A stretch of 64,000 nucleotides of DNA, taken from the NCBI GenBank assembly GCA_038087875.1, contig CM075983.1:24428001-24492000 (forward strand), written 5' to 3'. Every line of letters begins with the position of its first letter. The stretch's first letter is position 1. Of this stretch, positions 54,601 to 63,686 are shown one piece after another. Source of the stretch: Malacoraja senta (Eukaryota). Both the position numbers and the translations under genes were made by a program. The notes beneath the pieces are model-generated. The model searched no databases, was not told the DNA's origin, and was given only the letters and a program-made list of their open reading frames with translations.

Positions 54601-57600
54601 AATCTTAATTGAGGCACATAAAACTGTCGGGTCTAGACAAAAGAAAATAGAAAATGTTAGAAATATTAAAATGTCACGCAGCTTCTGCAAAGAAAGATAA
54701 TTTCAGATTGATGTCCATTCATTAGAACTTAGAAAGGTGAGAAAACAAATATGTCTTAACTTGCAAAGATGGGGAAAAATGAAAAAAATAAAGGGATGTC
54801 AGCGATAGGATAGAGACCAAGAGAGGTTGAATTGTTTCAAAGAGTAGTAGTGTTGGGGAGGGTGGAGAAGATAAATTGCAGATGATCTGTCCAAAGGAGA
54901 TTAGAATAAAAGGAGATTAGTGCAGACATGGGGTAAAAAACACTGGAATTATGGAATACAGAACACTGCAGTTGCTGTGGTGGAATTTTGTAGTGAAAGA
55001 GAAATATACGGATATCCAGTAGATCATGCAACATATGTAGTGAGAGAAGAAATTAGTTCATGTTTTGTGGTTTTAAATAGAAAGGAACTATTTACCTTAG
55101 CAAAGGAGTAAAAAATTAAGGGCATAGATTTAAAATATTTGGATGGAAGATGAGAAAAGATTTTGGGCACAGAGGAAGGTGAGGGTCTAGAATTCACTGA
55201 AAGGGTATTTGAGACAGAAAACCTGATCACATTTATGATATATATGGATGAAGAGGTATGACCACCAGGGTGAGAGATTCAGTGTTATAAAGTGGAATTA
55301 GACTGGGTAAATCCAAAGCGAATACAATGATAGAATGGGCTCAAACTGTGTCATATTTTTTTCACTGATTTATTAATATAGTCTCCTTTACAATGGTTCA
55401 TAGAAAAATGGACAATGACAAACTAGCATATATCTTTGTTCAGGTTCCTGTCAACGAGTCCATTGAGTATGAAAGAAGGAAATGGACATGTAATTCCCTG
55501 GTTTATTTCTCCCCCTTGTCATGCACCAAGTACCAGATTACAAATTGGCCGGCCCACCTGCCTGTAAATGAGGATTGAAACTCAACTGTTGCAACAGCAG
55601 GACATCCTGATTACTAACCAAGTACACCAGCCGTAGAGCATCTAGAAATGGTATCTGTATAGAACATTTAATTTGCTTTAACCCAGCCTTAACCGTTTTG
55701 CTACTGTATCTTTCCCTTTTCAGCTCTTCCAGTTCAAATGAGAATGGTGCAAACCAAAACACAAAGACATTTTTTTCTACAACACCACAACGGAACACCA
55801 CATTTGGACAAGTATGTGGGTTAGGAAAGCATTAGAGGGATATGGGCCAAATGTGGGCAGGTAGGATTAGTGTAGAGGGGCATCTTGGTTGGCATGGGCA
55901 AGTTGGACCGAAGGGCCTATTTCCATGCTGTATGGCTATGAGTCTATGATTCTATGACCACTCCTCCTCATTTATGTACTTAAATTCTTGGACCTCCTTT
56001 ATTCCACCACCATCAATCCTACTAAAGAGACCCCACCCAGTAAAAATTTCAGGAGAATACAATAAAGAAGAATGGAAAGAGAATCTGAGTTCTTATTCAA
56101 ATCTCTCCAGTCTTGACAGACATTTAAGATGCTGAGTATTTTTTATTATTTTCTGTCTTTATTTCAAATTCCCATTATTTGTTTTTCAAACAATCTCACT
56201 TCTTTTGCAAGCCGAAATTATGCGAGAAATACATCTGTACAATATGAAAGATAAGGTCAGTTAAACCACCATCAAGGTGATAGCAACTTAACAGAGGCTA
56301 GGTATCAGATTTTAGTGCCTTTTTGTTTGCATGCTGAGTGATAGGGTTCGCAAGTTTAATTTTCATCTCAACAAACCTGCTGCATTGATTCGATGTGAAT
56401 ATCTGACCTGAAATGTCACAGAGGTAGAATTCCAGTATATCATCCGAGAATTTGTATCTCTGAATCTAACCTTAACTTTAACAAGTCTGAGAAGGATTTC
56501 ATGTTCCATTTCAATAATTTACCTTTTCACCCAGGTTTGTTGTATATAGCAGGACTCCACTCCCTGGAAGCAAGGGTAACTTGGCCCCCAAGGGTAAACT
56601 CAGAAGTTGTCTGGATCCTGTCCCAATGATAGCCTTACTGCTCATACACTGTAGATGAAAAATATGGCAGATTTATTCTGGGGGAATATGCATATATAAA
56701 TGTCAGATTTCCTTAATTATAAAAAATAGGCAAAACTGTGCACTGTTCTAATTCATAGAAGACTTAATCATTAGTCACACACATCCATTTATATTGCATA
56801 AATGTTACATGCACCTCATATTGTGATAGTGTCACCTGCTATCTTGATTTTTGTTAACATTGGATGAAAACATCGTATCAAGCTGAAACATCTTAAAATA
56901 CTTCACAGGGTGTTAATGTGAAGGCATGTATTTTCCCTGCTTGGATGAAGATAGCAGGGTACAAAATTCCACCACTACAGATTGCAAATTTTATTTCAAG
57001 CAATTAAATAAATCTAGAATTTAAAAAAAAAATTGATTCTAAAGAAATAATTGTCAATGACCACTGTCCACAGAAGACTTCATGAACAAAAATACAGAGG
57101 CTACACTGCAAGATGCAAACCACTGGTTAGCCGCAAAAATAGGATGGCCAGGTTACAGTTTGCCAAGAAGTACTTAAAAGAGCAACCATAGTTCTGGAAA
57201 AAGGTCTTGTGGACAGATGAGACGAAGATTAACTTATATCAGAGTGATGGCAAGAGCAAAGAATGGAGGAGAGAAGGAACTGCCCAAGATCCAAAGCATA
57301 CCACCTCATCTGTGAAACACAGTGGTGGGGGTGTTATGGCATGGGCATGTTTGGCTGCGGAAGGTACTGGCTCACTTATCTTCATTGATGATACAACTGC
57401 TGATGGTAATAGCATAATGAATTCTTAAGTGTATGGACACATCCTATCTGCTCGTACAAATAAATGCCTCAAACCTCATTGGCCGGCGGTTCATTCTAGA
57501 GTAAGACAATGATCCCAAACATACTGCTAAAGCAACAAAGGAATTTTTCAAAGCTAAAAAATTGTCAATTCTTGAGTGGCCAAGTCAATCACCCGATCTG

Positions 57601-59621
57601 AACCCAGTTGAGCATGTCTTTTATATGCTGAAGAGAAAACAAGCGTAAGCTAAAGATGGCTGCAATACAGGCCTGGCAGAGCATCACCAGGGAAGACACC
57701 CAGTAACTGGTGATGTCCATGAATCGCAGACTTCAAGCACTCATTGCATGCAAAGGATATGCAACAAAATACTAAACATGATTACTTTCATTTACATGAC
57801 TTTGCTGTGTCCCAAACATTATGGTGCCCTCAAATGGGGGGGGACTATGTATTGCACTGCTGTAATTTCTACATGGTGAAACCAAAATGTAAAAAAATGA
57901 CATTTATTCAAATCTGACAATGTGCACTTTAACCACATGTGAATTTTTCAATTACAAATCTCAAATTGTGGAGTACAGAGGCAAATAAATAAATGACGGG
58001 TCTTTGTCCCAAACATTATGGAGGGCACTGTAATATTCTGAAATTCAAAGATAAGATGCTGTTCCTCAACCTGGATGTCCACAAGGGAGAGGGCAAAGCT
58101 TGACTTTGGCAGTGCAAGGGAATTTGGCAGGACAAGTGACTGAGGTATCTGTCAGGTATAGAGGCACCTTGGGGGCAGCGACCACAGTTCTTTTAGCTTT
58201 AAAATAGTTATTGTTAAGGACAGGGCTGGTCCACAACTTGAAGTTCTAAATTGGGGTAAGGTCAACTTTGTTGGTATAGACAGAAACTTTAAATGGGTCA
58301 TTTGTGGTTGAAGGGATGCCAGGAGAGTGGGATGTTTTTAAAAGTGTGATAATCAGAGTTCAGAGTATACATGTTCCTGTTAGTATAAAGGGTAAGGAAC
58401 CCTGGTTGACCAGAGAAATTGAGGTTCTGGTCAGGGAAATGAAGGAGGCATGGGGAGGTGGGATTGTTTATTCCTGAAGGAGGATAGGGGATTGAAGAAC
58501 ACACTGAAGAAGGAAATCAAGAAGGCAATAAGCGAGCAAGTGATAATTCTGGTAGATTAGATTAAGGAGAATCCAAAGTTTTTAAGTATATTAAGGAGAA
58601 AATGGGTATCTAAAGAGAGAATAAGGCCCCTCAGAAACCAGTGATAATCTATGTGTTTCGCAGATGGGCAACGTCCTCAATGAATATTTCTTCTATTTAC
58701 CATAGAATACTAGGGAACTCAGGAAAGTTAATACAATGTTTTGAGGACACTCTATATTACTGAAGAGTAATATGAATATCCTGAAACGTATGAAGGTTGA
58801 TGAATCTCCCATGCCTGAGCAGTTACAGTGTATCCAAAGACTCTGTGGGAAGCCAGTCAAGAAATTGCAGGAGCCCTGGCTGAGATATTTGAATCATCAT
58901 TACCTCACCACGTGCGATGTGCCAGAAAACTGGAGAATGGCTAATGCTATCCCTCTATTTAAGAAGGGCTGTGGGGAAAAAAATAGACCATAGACCACTA
59001 AACCTAACATTTGTGGTAGGAAAGTTACTGGAGAGGATTTCCAAGGCAAAGGAGATATACATGCAAAGGAGGATATAGGCTAGGCAAGGGAAAAATGCAA
59101 CTAGCTTGGATGGTGCATGTTGATTGGCATGAATAAGTTGGGCCAAAGGCCTGTTTCTGTACTGTATGACTTTAATGCGGGACTTTGTTGGAACAACGTA
59201 GGAAGCCAAATATAAAAGACATAGGAATAGATGTTGGTCCCTCATGCCTACTTCATCACTCAACAAGATCTGAAATGATCATCAATTTTAATACCATTTT
59301 CCAATGGTATCTCATATCCCTTGATTCATCTAATATTCAGAAACCTATTGGTGTTATGAACGCATTCAATGGCTGAGCTGTCACAGCACTCAGGGTGAAA
59401 AATTGCATAGGCACCACCCTCAATGTGTCGAAATCTCTCCTCGTGTAAGTACTAAATGCCCTACTCCTTATTTTTGAGGCCGTGTGTGTGACTTCAGAGA
59501 GATCGGAGTAGGATGGGGAGCTTCCATTCCCCGCGTCTAACTTTAACACTTCACTCACATCCCTCTCGTGGACTTTGCGAAGGGCCGCATTCTTGGCGTA
59601 CGAGGACACGTAGGCTTTCAT
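4375..59621 (-). CDS. FSIP2: Fibrous sheath-interacting protein 2 homologue (FSIP2 or FSIP2-like), 12 coding exons, about 3813 aa
   Basis: Exon translations match recalled mammalian FSIP2 blocks: [151 protein letters not shown]. All junctions are GT-AG with compatible phases (11,442 nt in total). Confidence 0.9.
5140..5445 (-). mobile_element. CR1 LINE ORF2 fragment
   Basis: Matches 16290-16600. Confidence 0.8.
5752..7588 (+). mobile_element. 5'-truncated young CR1 LINE (RT to 3' end)
   Basis: [36 protein letters not shown](V)DDTKL; frameshifts; (CTATTGT)n tail. Confidence 0.93.
7590..8390. mobile_element. GC-rich non-autonomous element with internal inverted repeat
   Basis: Sharp GC island; imperfect inverted repeat 8086-8163 vs 8211-8288; left end abuts the CR1 tail. 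Confidence 0.45.
8690..9640 (+). mobile_element. Old degraded CR1 LINE 3' portion
   Basis: Degenerate accagtggtgtgcc, kfa-dtk and aaatgtgaagttctgcattttgg motifs; CR1 3' UTR. Confidence 0.7.
10348..15716 (-). CDS. FSIP2: FSIP2 giant exon 11 (5,369 nt), ending in the conserved FSIP2 C-terminal domain
   Basis: 1790-aa ORF; acceptor aaaaag|GT (phase 1), donor GAG|gtacgt; ends [23 protein letters not shown]. Confidence 0.9.
15896..19830 (-). mobile_element. Near-full-length CR1 LINE (ORF1 zinc-finger/leucine-zipper plus SGNH esterase; ORF2 APE endonuclease plus RT), disrupted
   Basis: ORF1 CxxC..CxxC and [10 protein letters not shown]; endonuclease YMNARS, GITETWL, MGDFN, SDHN; RT FADDTKL; (CTATTGT)n tail; frameshifts and a deletion near 17120. 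Confidence 0.95.
19990..20460 (+). mobile_element. Penelope-like element, RT C-terminal fragment
   Basis: [43 protein letters not shown], typical PLE RT thumb motifs. Confidence 0.8.
20485..21410 (+). mobile_element. CR1 3' fragment of a second subfamily (TTTCTATG tail) nested in the Penelope element
   Basis: [25 protein letters not shown]; tail ttttctatgtttctatg. Confidence 0.88.
21411..21970 (+). mobile_element. Penelope-like element, continuation (GIY-YIG end and 3' region)
   Basis: LLYI-ETK-like remnant, then [21 protein letters not shown]; pyrimidine-rich tail. Confidence 0.65.
22525..26887 (-). CDS. FSIP2: FSIP2 giant exon 10 (4,363 nt; acidic, KKVVEE and PTDKES repeats)
   Basis: 1463-aa ORF; acceptor ctttacag|ATG; donor TCAG|gtaaat (phase 1); N-terminus matches FSIP2 TSEELNIIIQNVMTWVV..ILYPAITKYE. 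Confidence 0.9.
22890..23560 (-). repeat. Coding tandem repeat of 10-aa units ([17 protein letters not shown])
   Basis: Seen in the exon 10 translation and as 30-nt nucleotide periodicity. Confidence 0.85.
25830..26205 (-). repeat. Coding minisatellite, 15/18-nt units ([17 protein letters not shown])
   Basis: Tandem ttttcctcgaccacct(tc) and ttttccacaatcacctcc. Confidence 0.92.
28130..29500 (+). mobile_element. Old degraded CR1 5' part (esterase plus endonuclease); duplicated at 38808-40178
   Basis: [27 protein letters not shown] remnants. Confidence 0.7.
30518..30579 (-). CDS. FSIP2: Second copy of FSIP2 exon 9
   Basis: Identical to 41196-41257 at offset 10,678. Confidence 0.45.
32718..32995 (+). 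mobile_element. tRNA-derived SINE (duplicated at 43396-43673)
   Basis: ggtggcacag head, gggtttgatcc B-box, ctaaactaa tail. Confidence 0.7.
33356..33491 (-). CDS. FSIP2: Second copy of FSIP2 exon 8
   Basis: Identical to 44034-44169 at offset 10,678. Confidence 0.6.
33827..33937 (-). CDS. FSIP2: Second copy of FSIP2 exon 7 (inside the probable false duplication)
   Basis: Identical to 44505-44615 at offset 10,678. Confidence 0.6.
35357..35670 (+). mobile_element. tRNA-derived SINE (duplicated at 46035-46348)
   Basis: GGTTCGATGC B-box, conserved core and tail. Confidence 0.75.
37210..37409. other. 200-N scaffold gap
   Basis: Run of N. Confidence 0.99.
37410..37565 (-). other. Gap-truncated duplicate of the 5' end of FSIP2 exon 10
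   Basis: [16 protein letters not shown]...DDVEDV runs into the N gap; identical to 26732-26887. Confidence 0.85.
41196..41257 (-). CDS. FSIP2: FSIP2 exon 9 ([21 protein letters not shown])
   Basis: Strong acceptor tttctttccag; phase 1 in and phase 0 out (ATG|gtgcgt) exactly bridges exons 8 and 10. No homology support. Confidence 0.6.
44034..44169 (-). CDS. FSIP2: FSIP2 exon 8 ([45 protein letters not shown])
   Basis: Acceptor tttgatag, phase-1 donor G|gtaact; resembles KQDLLEKKMAYHLQKM. Confidence 0.82.
44505..44615 (-). CDS. FSIP2: FSIP2 exon 7 ([37 protein letters not shown])
   Basis: Acceptor ttaatcag, donor AGG|gtatgt; resembles FSIP2 KEMLLLTRMAEDVKRE. Confidence 0.85.
47985..48290 (+). 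mobile_element. Degraded SINE
   Basis: ggcggtggcac head; gccaaaaggcctgttcctgtgctgtatgactc CR1-like tail. Confidence 0.55.
48593..48728 (-). CDS. FSIP2: FSIP2 exon 6 ([18 protein letters not shown]...HQIQQE)
   Basis: Acceptor cccaaaag completes the AG|G codon; donor GAG|gtgcga; phases match. Confidence 0.78.
49605..49815. mobile_element. Palindromic Penelope pLTR-derived insert with hammerhead-like cores on both strands
   Basis: Inverted arms centred at 49721; flanking 15-bp TSD aaggt(c/t)attgaagtt. Confidence 0.75.
50641..50771 (-). CDS. FSIP2: FSIP2 exon 5 ([43 protein letters not shown])
   Basis: Acceptor ctcaag, phase-2 donor AG|gtacac; in frame with its neighbours. Confidence 0.82.
50854..50943 (-). 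CDS. FSIP2: FSIP2 exon 4 ([30 protein letters not shown])
   Basis: Acceptor tttttcag, donor CAG|gtgagc; matches VVCTLRELNKYRQYL..LDFERNY..EQ. Confidence 0.9.
51090..51575 (+). mobile_element. Degraded CR1 3' end
   Basis: ttataggaaaggttgagcaggct...agagggtgatgagt..tggaatgagctgcc. Confidence 0.7.
52983..53144 (-). CDS. FSIP2: FSIP2 exon 3 ([54 protein letters not shown])
   Basis: Acceptor ttgttcag, donor AAG|gtaaga; strongly conserved FSIP2 N-terminal block. Confidence 0.92.
53620..53935 (-). mobile_element. tRNA-derived SINE
   Basis: Reverse complement has gtggcacagtggctcagc head, gagttcgatc B-box and ctaaact tail. Confidence 0.7.
56523..56648 (-). CDS. FSIP2: FSIP2 exon 2 ([42 protein letters not shown])
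   Basis: Acceptor ctacag, donor AAG|gtaaat; matches the FSIP2 motif QLLDLPLGVKLP..YTTNFGEK. Confidence 0.9.
57060..58030 (+). mobile_element. Tc1-like DD34E transposase remnant plus right terminal repeat (inactive)
   Basis: [25 protein letters not shown]...[12 protein letters not shown] (34 residues between D and E); in-frame stops; ends cactg|TA. Confidence 0.9.
58220..59175 (+). mobile_element. Degraded CR1 ORF2 remnant
   Basis: [23 protein letters not shown]; CR1 tail. Confidence 0.7.
59559..59621 (-). CDS. FSIP2: FSIP2 coding exon 1 ([21 protein letters not shown])
   Basis: ATG in gcaccATGa Kozak context beside a CpG-rich region; phase-0 donor GAT|gtgagt fits exon 2. Confidence 0.75.
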
Positions 59622-59880
59622 GGTGCTGTCAGGGTGTGTGTGCTCATCAAACTCAGAGTGGCGAATGAAGCCGGTCCCGGGGCTCCCGCCGTCCTCACGG
59701 GGCGTTTGTTGCCGCTTGCGTCGGTTGCTAGGAGACCATTTGCCCGTCGCCTAGCAGCGGCGTTCTGGAGCGCGAGGCCGAGCCCGTCACTGGCTGATGG
59801 AACAACGGCGCCATGGCAACCGGCGCCACAAATGCCGCGAGATCTGGACCACGGCAAACGCGCGGGAAATGTCACACCTG
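59622..59880 (-). promoter_or_regulatory. CpG-rich FSIP2 promoter/5' UTR with RFX X-box cluster
   Basis: CpG-dense; X-box-like GTTGCTAGGAGAC (59724-59736), GTCGCCTAGCAGC (59746-59758), GGCGCCATGGCAAC (59807-59820); MYB-type CAACGG (59803-59808). Confidence 0.7.
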
Positions 59881-59894
59881 CAGAAGGTGAATAA

Positions 59895-60520
59895 CTTCCA
59901 GTCTGAAGAAGTTTCTCGGCCCGAAACGCCACCAAGTCCTTCTCTCCAGAGATGCTGTCTGACCCGCTCAGTTACTCCAACATTGTGTTCATCCTCGAAT
60001 TAAACCAACATTGCAGTTCCTGCCCACAAGCTTCAAGTAACCCCTGCTTTCCCTCACTCTCTCCCCTCCCCCACCACCCTAGCTCTCCCACTAGTTCCAC
60101 TGTCCTGGTTAATGTTACTGATTGTTACTCCTTGTCACCTTCCCCCTCAGCCAACAATGATCCTTTTTATGTTTTCCTTGACCAACGTCTGCTTTGATCT
60201 GTCGTTTTCACACCTCACCCTTCTATATCTCTGTCTCCCTCTCCCCTGACTCTCAGTCTGCAGAAGGGTCTCGATCTGAAATGTCACCCATTTCTTTCCT
60301 CCGGCATGCCTGTCCCGCAGTATGTTGTGTCTTTCTTCAAAGGTGGAGACCGTTCATTTGATCATCGTTACTTTCTTGTATCACCGTCCATATCTGTCGT
60401 TTACCTCTCCTATGATTTTCAGTCTGAAGAAGGGTCTCGTCCCGAAACGTCGGCTATTCCGTCTCTCCAGAGATGCTGCCTGTCTCCCTGAGTTCTTCCA
60501 GCGTTTTGTGTCGATCTAAG
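59895..60520 (+). mobile_element. Tandem Penelope pLTR-like fragments with three hammerhead-like cores
   Basis: CTGAAGA-stem-GAAAC motifs at 59903, 60258 and 60424; the first and third are followed by tctccagagatgctg. Confidence 0.65.
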
Positions 60521-62213
60521 GTAAAGACGCTGTTGTTCGTGTCTGTGGATTGGAGCCACAGATCAGATGCAACCGAGCCCTCATCCCGTCACTGTCGACT
60601 CAGTGCAAAGTTCCTCCACGTAGAACATTTTGAATAGCTGGAGTTGGGACTAAAATTATGTAAATTGTCGCTCAAATGAATCAGACGTCTACCAGACAAC
60701 CTGTTAACTTTACTCTTTTAAATGCTAATTGATTTCTGCATTTTTAGAACTTTATGTTTTAGGGGAAGGCAAAATGATCGCACGAAAATATGTTTGATTA
60801 ATTTGGCTTATGTATTCTTAATACCAAAAAGTGTACTGAAACCACTGTTTGCACATGGGTAAATATTATTTTTCACTAAAGTTATTGAGAGAACACAGTA
60901 AAATAACTTTGTTTACATCCCATTACACATATGAAAGTCTATGCCTTCTGGTTATAGCCAAAAGAAATATGGCCGCAGTACTGTTCCAAATTAAATAAAT
61001 TATTCTCCTCCAGTCTTCCTTGGTGCTAAAATTATCCAACCCTACTAACAATCTTCTTAATCTTCTGACAATTGCATCAGTGCGATGACAAACTTCCTGT
61101 AATATATTGCGGTGAATATAACTACTGTATATATGCTCAGAGATAATAAATATTTTGAAGACTAGAGATCCGATCTCCATGCTTTTAAATTCCATATTGT
61201 GGGCAATAAAACAATGTCCTATCTCCAATCTTAACAACGTCATCTAACTTCCTTCAACGTTCTGGTATCCGTGCATATGCATTCCAAAGAAAATTTATCT
61301 TGAAAATTCTGAAGTGTTACTCTTGAGGAGATGTGAAGGGTAAGAAGTGTTGTAGGTAGATTAACATAATTAGTTTTATAGATAGCTGTGCATAAATATG
61401 TATTCCATTGTTTACATTTATGTAAGTAAATTTGACAGATTATACATGTGCATTTCCTTTTCAAAGAATTAAAGTTGCATAAATAGCGCGGTAGGAATTT
61501 GACTGCACCATGTGGGTGCATTGCTGCATCTGGCACAGTTGGTTAGTTGAGAGTTTACTACCTTCTCTGAAGGATGGTCTGTCCGTATTTCTGTTGCATA
61601 AAAAAACCTGCATGCATTACATTCTCCATTAACATTTCTTCATTAATAACGTTGATGCAGATGTTATTAGACTCACGCAAGCAAGGAACTCCTGGGCATT
61701 GAACTGCTTGCGATTAAGTCCTGAATGTACACAGCACTGAGCAACAGATGTCAGTACTGGATAATGCCTTTCGTTGATTCTAGCTTGCGTAGATTTATTT
61801 TGATTTACCACGTAAAATTATTTCGAAAATCGTATTTTATTCTGTAATTATATAAAGGGGTTCTACATATTTTTTTAATGTCACATGTAAGTTATAAGTT
61901 TTAAGTTATAAGTGTGTGCTTTAAATCACTCAGCCATTATATAGCTTTGCAATGAAATATATACCACATGTCCAGTGATTCCAGAAGTACATCTCCAAGT
62001 GAAATAACCGTGTAAGTGGCTAATATCACAGAGTGAGTGAGGCCGCACCCAGGAAACATCTACCACTGTGAAAAATGCTCTAAGATCCGTCAGTGCCGAA
62101 TCCCTTCCGCGCTGGTTTGGTGTTTACCGAGGGTTGCTGCAGTTTGGCTGTTTATTCATATTTCCTTCAAAGTGAGTTAATGGTGCTGTCGTCAACAGCA
62201 GCCAGTAAAGAAA

Positions 62214-62390
62214 ATGTCCTCAACTCAACCAGTGGTTTACAATTACCTAAAACCAAAACTTCCAGCAAATCATGCGGATGTTAAAAGAAAGAAATGGAAC
62301 TTCGCTGCGTTCGTGCTGGGATTTGCAGTTTTGGCAGAAATGTGTGCAACAGTCTACTATTTCTGTCACCTCACCGACCAGATTGACAGG
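62214..62390 (+). CDS. First coding exon of a type II membrane protein, probably a TNF-superfamily ligand (CD40LG/TRAIL/RANKL-like)
   Basis: Short cytoplasmic tail ending in basic KRKK, hydrophobic WNFAAFVLGFAVLAEMCATVYYFC, then HLTDQIDR and a strong phase-0 donor AGG|gtaagc. This layout resembles CD40LG/TRAIL exon 1; the TNF domain is not in the window. Confidence 0.6.
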
Positions 62391-63686
62391 GTAAGCTCAA
62401 GGGCAGGGGTCGCGTTACAAGTAAGGTGTACGAAATACACGGAGTAACCGCGTAACCGGTTGTGGATGAGAAACCATTGCACTTTCATAAATTATGAGAA
62501 ACCATTGCATTTTAAAGTAAGAATGTTTTGTAAATTTAATTAATACAGGGTTGGCAATTTAAAAAAAAATTTAAATGAGTATTTCTGAAACTCAAAAACA
62601 TGGAAATTGATTCGGCAAATCTGCAGGAAATGCTTTTGCTTGGTAGCCTCACTGCTCGCCGACATAAGTACTAACGTTTATTTTAAGTTTAAAACAAAAT
62701 AATTGTGGAGTTTCTACATAAGGCAAGAATCACTGAGAAATTAAATGTTAAACTTTTTTTTGGTAAATAAATAAGTTGTTTTTAAAATAACTCTCCAGAA
62801 ACTAAAGGTCAGGAAAGGGTGGGATTCGGGGAATTCTAATTCCTGAATTTGCTCCACCCATCGTAGTCATTTTGTATCGATTAAATCCTGCGTCTCCGTA
62901 GGAACAATGGTAGTGAGACCCGGAGAAAAGACACGAAGTGGTCATGCAACATCTCTGGAGAATATGGATAGATGACGTTTCGAGTCGAGATCCTTCCACA
63001 GCGCTGGTGCTGGAGAAAGACCCGAGTGGAAGAGGCTATATTGTCCCCGTTTTAAAATTCACATGCACAGTCCAATCGACGCCCTCTTGATTTACACGTG
63101 CATTCATTCAAACACGGAATCACAGTTCAAGCCAGTGAAATTAAATTGATGTCTCATTTTATTGAAATTCAAGCTCTGGTACTTTTCAAGCTGTGAGAGA
63201 AGTTAACATGTCAGCAACATTGCAGACTCCGTACATTCTCATTATGCTGCATCTTTCAATCAAAACAAAATTTTGCACATCCATATATGCACGTCCTGCC
63301 TGGATTTTCCCAGCAGCTTGCCACAGGAGAGAGAAAACCCTAGATGAGGCCAACTGTCCTCATTCCCACCGTGCCCTGTTGAAGGAAATCCCCAGCCTCC
63401 AGCAGCCGCGGCGCCATCAAGCTGAATGAGATTGCATTTAATAAATATCTCAAGAACAGGAAACAAAGACGAAATCTTCAATTTTCTTTAAACATTTGCA
63501 GACGTTAACAAAGTAGAGGTCTGAACTAAACCTAGTTAATGTAGATGCTTACTGTTCATAGATTTTATATAATGTTCACACTTTGGGGCTGGGTAATTAT
63601 GACCTCAAACCAAGCTAGTAAGTCACATGCCCTCTCCAAAGTCTCCATATCCTTCCTGTAATGGGGTACTCAGAACCTGAATTTAG

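Noticed and set aside
59337-59558. Extension of exon 1 to the full 94-aa ORF
   Set aside because: A strong gtgagt donor at 59558 is in phase with exon 2, and downstream sequence runs into repeat-like DNA.
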